Part shown: positions 1 to 11,369 of the stretch, one piece after another
Position numbering within the stretch: position 1 is the stretch's first letter
Layout of the letters: every line of letters starts with the position of its first letter
Assembly (NCBI GenBank): GCA_031268525.1
Contig: JAIRXA010000042.1
Coordinates: 1 to 62,448, forward strand
From: Coriobacteriales bacterium
GTDB lineage: Bacteria; Actinomycetota; Coriobacteriia; Coriobacteriales; UBA8131
Length of the DNA stretch: 62,448 nt
Direction: 5' to 3'
Notes under the pieces: model-generated
The model's input: the letters and a program-made list of their open reading frames with translations, nothing else
Databases searched by the model: none
Told to the model about the DNA's origin: nothing
Made by a program: the position numbers and the translations under genes

Positions 1-647
1 CGCCGAAGAGACGAAGACCTGATAGAAGAGCTCGGCGTTCACCGGCATCTCGTTGAGCCTGACCAGCGCTCCCTGCTCAAGAAGAGCCGTCTCATCGAGA
101 ACCTCTCCCGCAGCCAGAGCCGCCTTAAGCTCAGGGTCGGTGATCTGCGAAACATCGACAAAACGCGAAAGGGCAGCCTGCCCCGAGGAGGTCAGATAGT
201 CGCGAGGGAGATAGTAGCCGGAATCGATGATGGTTTGCAGATTTACATCTTCGATAGCGGAGATATCCATGAACTCGAGCTGGCCGGTCTGGCCAATCGT
301 GTTGAGGGCCTGCGTCTGATCGAGAATGCCGGGAATCTGAACGAGAAGCTGGTTGCCTCCTTGCACCTGGACGCTTGCTTCGGACGCCCCAAGCAGGTTC
401 ACGCGGCGATCGACGATCTCCTGAGCGGCATTTATCTCCTCTGTTGAGACGCTCGATCCATCCGTCTTGCTCGCCTGAAGCACGACAGAAAGCCCGCCCT
501 GCACATCGAGGCCTTGGGTGATCTTCTTATCAGGTGGATAAAACATCACGACGGAGCCAACGAGCAGCACAAGCAACAAGACAAGTAACGTGATATGGGG
601 TCGCTTCTGCGACGGCTTCTTCTTTACCTTGAATCTTCTGTCAGCCA
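1..647 (-). CDS. secD: Protein translocase subunit SecD, N-terminal part (gene runs off the left edge)
   Basis: Own minus-strand translation from ATG 645-647 gives MADRRFKVKKKPSQKRPHITLLVLLLVLLVGS (TM anchor). It continues GLDVQGGLSVVLQ...RRVNLLGASEASVQVQGGNQLLVQIPG...GQTGQLEF, typical SecD periplasmic-domain motifs. Open to the window edge and downstream of queA-tgt. Confidence 0.8.
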
Positions 648-756
648 TGTTCTCCTCTTTACCGGTGAGCCTCAAAACGCTCATGAAGGCATCCGTATTA
701 AAGCCTCCCAGAAAAATGAGAGACGATAAAGACAGATTCTATCAGTATATCCTATC

Positions 757-3125
<2,369 letters not shown>

Positions 3126-3139
<14 letters not shown>

Positions 3140-3836
3140 CGCGGGTCCCCTGAGGATTCAGAGCCGACGTCCTGCTCACGGTTCCCTCTGTTTCCGTCGC
3201 CCCGTGCTCCACGTGCCGCTCCTCTCGCCGTGCCGCACGCCGTGCTGCACGCTCCAGTTCCGCCTCGCGCCGTGATGACGCACAGCCACAGTAATTCTGA
3301 CGATACATGCCCCGCTCACGAGAGAGCCGTGTCGCCTCGGGATAATCCGCACGATAGTCGACAAACAGGGAGACGAGTCCCAGCGAGGTTGCCGCACACT
3401 CCAATTCTTCGGCGATGACTTCGGTAAACTGCCAGGGACTGACGCTCAGACTCGTTGCGATTGCCCTGATCCCCTGTTCGCGGGCGGTCTGTGCCAGACG
3501 AGTAAAGCGCAGGCGATAGCACCTACGACATCGCTCCTGGCGCTGTTCGCGCATCTCGAGAGATTCCGAGACGCCCTCCACGCAGGGAAAAATACCCTCA
3601 TTACCTGCGATGGCCGCATGAAAGGCCTCGGGGTCGTAGGAACCCTCTATCACGGCAAGACCCGTATCCTCGGCAAAATCGCGAAAGCCTGTACGGCGGC
3701 GTTCATATTCCTCCGCCGGCTCGATATTCGGATTGCCATACCAGGCAACAGGCTCGTATCCCGCCTCGCGCAGCCGTCGTAAGGGCATGAGCGAACAGGG
3801 TCCGCAGCAGATATGTATGAGGACTTTATGCATCAA
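3126..3836 (-). CDS. queH: Epoxyqueuosine reductase QueH (DUF208 family)
   Basis: N-terminal LIHICCGPCS and later YCGC cysteine motifs are typical of DUF208/QueH. Overlaps the queA start by 14 nt, suggesting an operon. Arg/Glu-rich C-terminal tail. Confidence 0.8.
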
Positions 3837-3886
3837 AGGATTATACTAACACCATACGCAAAAGACGGGGGAGGTTAACGATTGTC

Positions 3887-4936
3887 ATGGAAGTTTCTCG
3901 TAGCAAGATAGCCTGGGCGGCCGGCGGTTTTCTCGTCGGTATGCTGCTGCTGCTTTTTGGCGGCGGGTATGTACAGTATACTCTGGGTATGTGGGGCTTG
4001 GTCATCACCGAGCTTGGCATTCTCGTCTTTGCCATCGTCAGCGCGCTGGTCAGCCGCCTCGATCTACGAGCCGTTTTTCGTATCAGACGCGGAAGAGCCT
4101 GGCAGTGGCGCGGATGCCTGTATATCTATCTTGGAACCTTCTTCATAACCTACGCCTGCTCAATGGTTCTCTCGGCGCTCTTCCCGCAGATGACGGAGGT
4201 CAGCGAGTCTCTGACAGGCTTCATCACCTCAGGTCCCTATATCTTTGCACTCATCGCCGTATCTATCCTGCCGGGAATCTGCGAGGAGGCCTGGCATCGA
4301 GGAACCCTGCTGAGCAGCCTCGGTTCTCTCAAAAGTATCGTGTTACGGGTTGTCATCATGGGCCTCGTCTTCGGACTGTTTCACCTCGACCTGTTCCGCT
4401 TCCTTCCGACCATGGTGCTTGGTATGGGACTGAGCTATATGCGCATAAAGACCGACAACATGCTGATGCCGATGACCTTCCATGCGGTGAATAATCTGAT
4501 TCCCATAAGCATCAGTTTCCTGCTGCTGCCTCTTGCCCAGACGATGGAAGCACAGACGGTCGGCGGCACGGATCCTGTGCTTGGAACAGCGACAGTCATT
4601 GCCTTCACGACATTTTCTCTGGCGTCAGGCATTTTGTTCATCCACCTGGGGAGACGGCGATTGAGCGATCGTCCACAGGCGGGGGCACCACGGCAAGCAA
4701 GCACGTTACAGCCACCACCACCAAGCACACCTCCGTTGACTATCTCCTCATCGGCATCAGTGCTGGTGCCGATGACAAACGAACAGGTGGCTGAGTATCA
4801 TGCGGCTGAACAGCGCGCCCGCCGGACGACGGTCATCATCGTCGTCGTCTGTTGCTCGGTCGTTTTGCTGTCGTGCCTTGCCTGCTTCGGAGTAGCTCTG
4901 TTGGAGGCGGTCGACGTCTTGCAGACGTCCGCCTAA
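3887..4936 (+). CDS. CPBP (CAAX) family intramembrane metalloprotease with a long C-terminal extension
   Basis: Multi-TM protein with EEAWHRG, FGLFH and FHAVNN motifs. A Pro-rich linker (QPPPPSTPP) and a further TM helix follow at the C-terminus. Confidence 0.8.
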   Translation: MEVSRSKIAWAAGGFLVGMLLLLFGGGYVQYTLGMWGLVITELGILVFAIVSALVSRLDLRAVFRIRRGRAWQWRGCLYIYLGTFFITYACSMVLSALFPQMTEVSESLTGFITSGPYIFALIAVSILPGICEEAWHRGTLLSSLGSLKSIVLRVVIMGLVFGLFHLDLFRFLPTMVLGMGLSYMRIKTDNMLMPMTFHAVNNLIPISISFLLLPLAQTMEAQTVGGTDPVLGTATVIAFTTFSLASGILFIHLGRRRLSDRPQAGAPRQASTLQPPPPSTPPLTISSSASVLVPMTNEQVAEYHAAEQRARRTTVIIVVVCCSVVLLSCLACFGVALLEAVDVLQTSA

Positions 4937-4990
4937 GCATCAAGGGGCGGCTTGTCATCGGGCCACTTGAACACAAAATATCGTGTGAAT

Positions 4991-5018
4991 CAAAGAAGGC
5001 GACCTGTTGGTCGCCTTC
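4991..5018 (-). terminator. Intrinsic terminator downstream of csp
   Basis: Hairpin gaaggcgacc/tgtt/ggtcgccttc (4995-5018). On the minus strand it is followed by tttg. Confidence 0.6.
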
Positions 5019-5043
5019 CCCTGTGTTGGATGTCAGTATCTGA

Positions 5044-5247
5044 CTAGACCTTGCGGACGTTGCTCGCCTGGAGCTTGCCATTCTGGCCGGTGGTGATATC
5101 AAACTCCACCAACGCGTCCTCTTCGAGGGTCTTGAACCCATCGGACTGGATTTCCGAATAGTGGACGAACAAGTCGTCCCCGTCATCCCGAGAGATGAAC
5201 CCATAGCCTTTATCCGGATTGAACCACTTGACTTTCCCTTCAGCCAT
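5044..5247 (-). CDS. Cold-shock protein (CspA family)
   Basis: [33 protein letters not shown] carries the RNP1/RNP2 motifs. Start trimmed to ATG 5245-5247 (67 aa); the ORF-track extension is unlikely. Confidence 0.93.
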   Translation of the reverse strand: MAEGKVKWFNPDKGYGFISRDDGDDLFVHYSEIQSDGFKTLEEDALVEFDITTGQNGKLQASNVRKV

Positions 5248-5460
5248 GTCTTGCCTTTCTTTCTGCCCACTGGGCAAACCACAAACGACACAGGTTTCAA
5301 CCAAGAAACCTGGGCCGCGAACCAATGAGCTCGTTTGAGCTCTTGAGAGATTTTACCATATTGTTACCTGATCGCTCCGTAAATCTGTATTTTTCTGATT
5401 CTTCTGCGGATTTTCCCTGGATTTTTGCCCTCAAAACAGCGGACGAAACACCGGGTGGGG

Positions 5461-7959
5461 CTATTCACCGATTTTTACGAGAGGAGCATAGCCAAGAAGC
5501 AGCTTCTTGGTCGAACCACTCTTGTGAAACTCGATGGTGATCGCCTCGCCGTCGACCGCAAGCACCACTCCCCTGCCAAAGGTTTTATGATCGATCTCGT
5601 CACCGACCGAAAAGATGAGCGATTCGCGGATGTTGCGCATGGCTTCGCGTTCGGCATTCGCCGTATCGTTTGTGGTGCCACTCGAACCGAAGACTCTGCT
5701 CTCTCCGAGCTCCTTCCTTGAGCCTGAGCCAAAGGTGCCCTGTCGATCACCACGTTTCTCCCAGCCAAAACCGCGATAGGATTGCGAGCCGACTCCGCTG
5801 ATCTTGAGCAATGTCACAGGAATCTCGGCAACAAAGCGCGAGCGCGGATTGGTCTGGGTACGACCAAAGAGATTGCGCGTCTGGGCATGAGTGACGAACA
5901 GGAGCTCACGTGCTCGCGTGATGGCGACATAGGCAAGACGTCGCTCTTCCTCGACGCCACTCTCCGCCTCAAAGGCGGCGACATGAGGGAAGAGCGATTC
6001 CTCGAGTCCAGCAATGAAGACAACGGGGAATTCAAGGCCCTTGGCAGAATGAATGGTCATGAGGGTGAGATAGTCCTCCCCTGCAAGCAGACTGTCGAGG
6101 TCCGAACGAAGGGCCAGCCACTCCATGAAGGCAATGAGTTGAGGAGCAGGGGCGTCGGAAGCGAGATCGGACGTGGCGTCCACGAGCCCTGGTGCGGGAT
6201 CGGCAGGATCGGACGTGGTGTCCACGAGCCCTGGTGCGGGATCGGCAGGATCAGCGAGCCCTGGTGCGGGATCACCGATATCACCGGGTTCGCCGAGCTC
6301 GGTGGGATTGTCAACAGTATCAACAAAAGCTGGAGCGAGAATGGAGGTCTCATCGGCCGATGAGGGATCATCTTCGAGCTCATCGACCTCATCCTCGGTG
6401 TGAATCTCATCGTATTCCTGAGTAACGCCGAAGAACTCCTGAATGTTTTCGATGCGTCCACGCGCCTCGTCGTTGTGCTCCGCTTCAAGTGCAGCGATAA
6501 GACCACTGCGCTCGACCAGCATCTCGACTATGCTGCGCAGGTCACCGCGATAGCCGCGTGCATCCTTTATCAGCTGGCAGAAGCGTGCGAGCTCATCACG
6601 CGCCCTCCTTGACAGGCTGTCCTCCGCACACACAAGCTCGGCTGCCTCCAGAAAACTCACACCGTCATCCCAGGCACGCGCAAGGATATCGGATTCTGCC
6701 TTCTTGCCCAAACCACGCTTGGGAACATTGAGTATACGACGTGCGGCGATATCGTCCCGTGGGTTTACCACAAGCTTCAGATAGGCCATGACATCGCGAA
6801 TCTCCGCGCGGTCAAAGAAGCGTGTGCCGCCGACGATACGATAGGGCACGCCAGCTCGCAGCAACTTGTCTTCCAGCACACGCGATTGGGCGTTCGTGCG
6901 ATAAAAGACCGCAAACTGCCGATACGCGCGCCCCTCGCGGTGTAGTCGTTCAACTTCCGAGGCGATCCAGCGCCCCTCGTCGCGCTCGTCTGCGGCTTGG
7001 TAAAGGGCGATCTGCTCGCCTTTTGATCCTTCGGTGTAGAGGCGTTTGGACTTACGGTTGGCGTTGTTGGCAATAAGCGCGTTGGCTGCATCGAGGATGG
7101 TCGCGGTCGAACGGTAGTTGCGTTCCAGTCGCACGACCCTCGCGTCGGGATAATCCTGCTCGAACTCCAGGATATTGCGAATGTCGGCACCACGCCAGGA
7201 GTAGATCGACTGATCATCGTCACCAACCACCATCAGATTGCGCGTCGCGGCGGCCAGCAGGGTGCAGATGCGATACTGGGCATGGTTGGTATCCTGATAC
7301 TCATCGACGAGCAGGTACTGAAAACGCCTCTGGTAGGCGCCCAGTACCTCTGGGTTATCGCGCAAGAGCAACCAGGCATTGAGAAGCAGGTCGTCAAAAT
7401 CCATCGCATCGGATTGTCGCAGACGCGCCTGGAGCGCCTGGTAGAGCCGCGCAACCAGGCGAGTATACGCGTTGTCTGCCTGCGCCTCATACGCATCGGG
7501 AGTCAGTAGTTCGTTTTTCGCCTGCGAGATACTGGCGCGGATCCGGTTGATCGGGAACTGTCGAGGATCGACATTTGCCTGTGCGTAGAGCTCTTTGAAC
7601 AGACGCTTGCTGTCGTCCTCATCATAGATAGAGAAATTCCGGGTATAACCCAGCAGGGTTGCATCCTGCCGAAGCAGACGCACGCACATCGCATGAAAGG
7701 TCTGCACCCACATGCCGCGTAGACCACCCGCCAGCAGCTCGGAAAGACGCTCGCGCATCTCAGCTGCTGCTTTATTCGTAAAGGTGATCGCGAGTATCTG
7801 GTAAGGCGAGACGCCGATATCCTCGATGAGGTGTGCAATGCGGTAAGTCAAAACGCGCGTCTTACCGCTGCCGGCACCCGCGAGCACCAACAGAGGCCCC
7901 TCGGTCGTCTCAACCGCTCTACGCTGCTCCGTATTCAGACTTGAGAGATCGACAGCCAT
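5461..7959 (-). CDS. pcrA: ATP-dependent DNA helicase PcrA/UvrD family, with a repetitive acidic/Pro-rich insertion
   Basis: LNTEQRRAVE, AGAGSGKT (Walker A), DEYQDTN, TIHSAKGLEF and VAITRA helicase motifs. An insertion (PAPGLADPADPAPGLVDTTSDPADPAPGLVD) lies before motif V. Confidence 0.92.
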   Translation of the reverse strand: MAVDLSSLNTEQRRAVETTEGPLLVLAGAGSGKTRVLTYRIAHLIEDIGVSPYQILAITFTNKAAAEMRERLSELLAGGLRGMWVQTFHAMCVRLLRQDATLLGYTRNFSIYDEDDSKRLFKELYAQANVDPRQFPINRIRASISQAKNELLTPDAYEAQADNAYTRLVARLYQALQARLRQSDAMDFDDLLLNAWLLLRDNPEVLGAYQRRFQYLLVDEYQDTNHAQYRICTLLAAATRNLMVVGDDDQSIYSWRGADIRNILEFEQDYPDARVVRLERNYRSTATILDAANALIANNANRKSKRLYTEGSKGEQIALYQAADERDEGRWIASEVERLHREGRAYRQFAVFYRTNAQSRVLEDKLLRAGVPYRIVGGTRFFDRAEIRDVMAYLKLVVNPRDDIAARRILNVPKRGLGKKAESDILARAWDDGVSFLEAAELVCAEDSLSRRARDELARFCQLIKDARGYRGDLRSIVEMLVERSGLIAALEAEHNDEARGRIENIQEFFGVTQEYDEIHTEDEVDELEDDPSSADETSILAPAFVDTVDNPTELGEPGDIGDPAPGLADPADPAPGLVDTTSDPADPAPGLVDATSDLASDAPAPQLIAFMEWLALRSDLDSLLAGEDYLTLMTIHSAKGLEFPVVFIAGLEESLFPHVAAFEAESGVEEERRLAYVAITRARELLFVTHAQTRNLFGRTQTNPRSRFVAEIPVTLLKISGVGSQSYRGFGWEKRGDRQGTFGSGSRKELGESRVFGSSGTTNDTANAEREAMRNIRESLIFSVGDEIDHKTFGRGVVLAVDGEAITIEFHKSGSTKKLLLGYAPLVKIGE
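6165..6279. repeat. About 2.7 copies of a 42-bp tandem repeat inside pcrA
   Basis: gatcggacgtggcgtccacgagccctggtgcgggatcggcag (6165-6206) is repeated at 6207-6248 with one mismatch. A partial third copy follows. Confidence 0.9.
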
Positions 7960-7962
7960 CCT

Positions 7963-8742
7963 CTAGACAATCGTCTTTCCGACCGCGGCGGCTATGACGC
8001 GCAGTTCATCCATCAACGACGCGAAGGCTGCGAGCGTCAACTGTTGAGGTCCGTCAGATTTCGCCTGCTGTGGATTGGGGTGCACCTCGATCATCAACGA
8101 ATCGCAACCAGCGGCGATGGCGGCCTTGGCCAGCGAGGGAATCAGGTCAGCCTGACCGGCAGGGTGAGAAACATCCACACAGATCGGGAGCAGGGATCGT
8201 TTGTGAATGACGGGCACCGCCGAGATATCGAGGGTAAAGCGTGTCGCCGTCTCAAAGGTGCGCAGACCGCGCTCGCAGAGCATAATGTTGGGATTGCCAC
8301 CCTGGGTGAGGTATTCGGCCGCGGAGAGCCATTCGTCGATAGTCGCCGCCATACCCCGCTTGAAGAGGACGGGAGCGTGGTTTTCGGCCGTTGCCGAACC
8401 CACGCGCTTGAGCAGATCGAAGTTGGCCATGTTGCGCGTGCCGATCTGCAATGCGTCTACATAAGACATGACCAGATCGACATGCGCCGTATCCATGACC
8501 TCGGTCAGGGTTCCCAAGCCATGCTTCTTGCCCGTATCGGCCATCAGCTTCAGGCCTTCTTCGCCCAGACCCTGGAAGGAGTACGGGCTGGTTCGTGGCT
8601 TGAAGGCACCGCCGCGTATCCAATGCAGCCCCAGGTCGGCCAGGGCAGCACCAACCAGCTCCATCTGCTCGGCATCTTCGATGGAGCAGGGGCCAGCAAG
8701 CATCGTGATCGTGCCGGACTGGTGATAGGGAACATAGCTCAT
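7963..8742 (-). CDS. aroF: 3-deoxy-7-phosphoheptulonate (DAHP) synthase, short class I-beta type
   Basis: 259 aa with GPCSIE, RGGAFKPRTSPYSFQG, LCERG and DVSH motifs. Start overlaps the chorismate mutase stop. Confidence 0.88.
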   Translation of the reverse strand: MSYVPYHQSGTITMLAGPCSIEDAEQMELVGAALADLGLHWIRGGAFKPRTSPYSFQGLGEEGLKLMADTGKKHGLGTLTEVMDTAHVDLVMSYVDALQIGTRNMANFDLLKRVGSATAENHAPVLFKRGMAATIDEWLSAAEYLTQGGNPNIMLCERGLRTFETATRFTLDISAVPVIHKRSLLPICVDVSHPAGQADLIPSLAKAAIAAGCDSLMIEVHPNPQQAKSDGPQQLTLAAFASLMDELRVIAAAVGKTIV

Positions 8743-9014
8743 CCGTGCATCTCCTTTGCGACGCGCAGGATGGTCTCCCAGATCGTGCGTAGATCGTCCG
8801 AGTACAAAGGCCCACGGTTGTAATGCGCCACCCGCTCAAAGATTTCCTCCTCGCGCTTCGGGTCATAGAGCGCAAGCTGGGCATTGGGTTTAAGCGCCCG
8901 AATCGCCAGTGACTTCTCGGCGCGTTGATTCAAGAGGGCAACGATCTGACTGTCGATGGTGTCGATATCGGCTCTCAGACTTTCGATGTCTTTTAGGGCT
9001 TGTTCCTCAGCCAT
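8739..9014 (-). CDS. Chorismate mutase (AroQ-type, stand-alone)
   Basis: LRADIDTIDSQIVALLNQRAEKSLAIRALK...YDPKREEEIFERV is a typical AroQ helical pattern. Start set to ATG 9012-9014; the longer ORF-track start at 9143 is possible but unsupported. Confidence 0.8.
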   Translation of the reverse strand: MAEEQALKDIESLRADIDTIDSQIVALLNQRAEKSLAIRALKPNAQLALYDPKREEEIFERVAHYNRGPLYSDDLRTIWETILRVAKEMHG

Positions 9015-9156
9015 ACAACAACCCTTCTCTTGGTACCTTTGGTTCATTTGTGCGGATTCGTAGTCTAGCATAGAGTGAAAGGGTGCAGGAGGAATTGTGA
9101 GCAGCACGTCGGGAACCAGACATGAGCGCTCTTTATCGATCACTGAATAATTACTC

Positions 9157-9414
9157 TTAAAAGACCACGGATTTGTACGTAAAGTTCAGGCAGTTACTGC
9201 AAGGAAGTACGGCGGATATCTCATTAGGGTCGGTGGTCGCACGTCCGTTGCCGCACGCGACATAGCTGCCCCAAGTCTGGTAGTAGGTCCTCGCCACATA
9301 ATTGGCGCAATGTTCACGATCATGCGGTGCTTCGGCTTTTCCTGATGCCGACGATCCGCCACTCACTTGCTCAAGCTCTTTGTCCGACAACGCCTTTTCG
9401 TCCAATTCGCTCAT
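9157..9414 (-). CDS. Double-glycine-leader peptide precursor (class II bacteriocin / signalling-peptide-like), 85 aa
   Basis: The leader MSELDEKALSDKELEQVSGG matches the LSxxELxxIxGG double-glycine consensus. The 65-aa core has 4 Cys. A strong RBS (aaggaga) lies 6 nt upstream of ATG 9412-9414. Confidence 0.7.
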   Translation of the reverse strand: MSELDEKALSDKELEQVSGGSSASGKAEAPHDREHCANYVARTYYQTWGSYVACGNGRATTDPNEISAVLPCSNCLNFTYKSVVF

Positions 9415-9761
9415 GGTGTTCTCCTTCGATCAGCGACTCCCTGATTCTCATGCGATGAAAACTTGCCCAGAGCCGCAAGACTTCTATTGATTTCCACTAT
9501 ACTACATTATGTTAACGGCCTGCTCATTACCAATATTCATAAACAATACCTTTGTCGCCTTAGTATGCCTTGAGCAGAGATCTCTGAAGAGGCAGCTCTG
9601 CTCAAAAATCAAAACGGTCTGTAGTAAAATGACACGGCAAGGACTTAAGATAAACTGAGATTTTCTCGCCGCTTTGATCAGATGAGAGGCATTGCCATGA
9701 AACTCAATGCGGAAATTATCGCGCAGAATCTTCAGAAGGCGATGGATGTTCAAATTATAGG

Positions 9762-9773
9762 CCCCCCCCCCCC
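9762..9773. repeat. Poly-C homopolymer (12 nt) at the frame junction of the PucR-type regulator gene
   Basis: 9761-9780 reads gccccccccccccagaaact. The upstream frame (ATG 9697) and the downstream frame (ORF 9845-11245) meet exactly here, one nucleotide out of register. Confidence 0.95.
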
Positions 9774-9844
9774 AGAAACTTTCACTGAGGCATACCTGCT
9801 TTCTCGAAAAGGATACCGTACTGGAATCGGATTCTGTCTACCTG

Positions 9845-11245
9845 ATGGAACATGCTGACCCGGGCAGAGTTCCGTTACTGCCAGAGGGTTGCCTTCTGGT
9901 CGTTATCGACGAAGATCCGACCAATCTGGGGAAATGGCGCTATTCCAGCACGGTCAATAATCTGACGCTCCTGGTGGTAAAGAACCGGATTAAGATTACT
10001 GCAGTCTGCAACCACATCCTCAAAATCTTTGAACACTTCACAACATGGGAGAATCAACTCAGAGAAATTATTCAAGGTTCTGGAAACATAAAGGAAATGA
10101 TTACCATAAGCGTACCGAATTTCGAAAATCCAATTGGCGTGGTAGATCAAAAAATGCAGGTCATAACTTCTGTGGATATCGTGGATTCGCAGTTTGCTGA
10201 AACATCAATGAAATACTCTGTCAATGACAGGCCGACCTTTCCCAAAGACATACCGGCGGAGCTGATCATGAAAAATCACATCAAATATAAGGCAAAGCGT
10301 GTTCCCTATTTTTATGTGGATAAATCGATTTACTCTGTCAATCTGTTTTCTGACGATGACTATATCGGCTCGGTAAGTCTCGCAGCCAAATTTCGACCAT
10401 TGACACATGCCGACATGGCTCTATTTGAATTTTTGGCAGAATTTTTACGTGAAGGATTATTGAAGCTCACGCCCGTTAAGGTTCATGAGAAAACCTGCCT
10501 GAGAAGTGTATTCATCAGTCTGTTGAAGAAAGCTGAAGTCAATGGAAAAGCCATCAAGGAGGCTTATCGGGGCCTCGATGACAAGCATCAATTTACAATC
10601 CTATGTCTTTATAACTCAACAATACATAGAGACATTCCCCCTGAATATATATGCGAACAGATAGAGCTCAGAATAGACGGATCATTGGCGACCTGCGTAG
10701 ATTCGGAGATTGTTATCCTTCTGAGTCTTGATGCACGGCAAAGCAATCTCGAGGATGCAATTCGCGGAATTTCCAGTTTTCTCGCAGAGTTCGATTTCCT
10801 GGCGGGCGTCAGCAACATATTCACCGAATTGGAAGACGTGTATTTCAATTATCTCCAGGCAAAATATGCGTTAGCAATAGGTTCTGGGACCAAGGCGGGT
10901 CAATCCTATTATCTTTTTCAAGAATTTGCCCTGTTATATCTTCTCAATAAAATGCTGGAAGACTTACCGCCCAGGTTCTTCGTGCCACCAAAGTTGATGC
11001 TCCTGAGCAGCTCTGGCAATACTTCAGGTGCAGAATACTGGAAAACACTGCATGTTTATCTGAAGAATTCCATGAACGTAACGCTTACTGCCAATGAACT
11101 TGGAATTACTCGAGGCTCCCTGTACAAACGCCTGGAAAAGATACATAAAATTCTGGGCATCGATCTGTACAACGCGAAATACCGATTGTATGTCGAAATC
11201 TGCATGAGTCTCATCGAATGGAACATCGAAAGCAAACAGGGGTAG
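9845..11245 (+). CDS. PucR/CdaR-family transcriptional regulator; as assembled it lacks its probable first ~49 codons, which lie in another frame from ATG 9697
   Basis: The C-terminal HTH (MNVTLTANELGITRGSLYKRLEKIHKILGIDL) is typical of the PucR C-terminal domain. There is no RBS before ATG 9845, but gagagg lies 8 nt before ATG 9697. This frame is open back to 9761. Confidence 0.8.
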   Translation: MEHADPGRVPLLPEGCLLVVIDEDPTNLGKWRYSSTVNNLTLLVVKNRIKITAVCNHILKIFEHFTTWENQLREIIQGSGNIKEMITISVPNFENPIGVVDQKMQVITSVDIVDSQFAETSMKYSVNDRPTFPKDIPAELIMKNHIKYKAKRVPYFYVDKSIYSVNLFSDDDYIGSVSLAAKFRPLTHADMALFEFLAEFLREGLLKLTPVKVHEKTCLRSVFISLLKKAEVNGKAIKEAYRGLDDKHQFTILCLYNSTIHRDIPPEYICEQIELRIDGSLATCVDSEIVILLSLDARQSNLEDAIRGISSFLAEFDFLAGVSNIFTELEDVYFNYLQAKYALAIGSGTKAGQSYYLFQEFALLYLLNKMLEDLPPRFFVPPKLMLLSSSGNTSGAEYWKTLHVYLKNSMNVTLTANELGITRGSLYKRLEKIHKILGIDLYNAKYRLYVEICMSLIEWNIESKQG

Positions 11246-11296
11246 AAAGGTTCTGAGACGGCATTATCGCTACAGATGCCTATCGTTTCATCGATA

Positions 11297-11348
11297 GAAA
11301 AATACCCAATAATGCCATGGCGCATTTGCAACCATGGCATTATTGGGT
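11297..11348 (-). terminator. Intrinsic terminator after the MDR dehydrogenase gene
   Basis: A 17-bp perfect stem, acccaataatgccatgg (11304-11320) / ccatggcattattgggt (11332-11348), is followed on the minus strand by attttt. Confidence 0.7.
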
Positions 11349-11369
11349 GTCGATAAGGCGAGGGGTACC

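Noticed and set aside
648-756. Expected yajC between tgt and secD
   Set aside because: Only 110 nt separate the two genes and no ORF fits, so yajC is simply absent from this position.
8044-8823. 259-aa plus-strand ORF and the 210-aa minus-strand ORF 8252-8884
   Set aside because: Both overlap the well-supported DAHP synthase gene in other frames and have no independent support.
9502-9753. 83-aa minus-strand ORF upstream of the regulator
   Set aside because: It overlaps the probable true N-terminal coding segment of the PucR regulator on the opposite strand. It has no RBS and an unremarkable composition.
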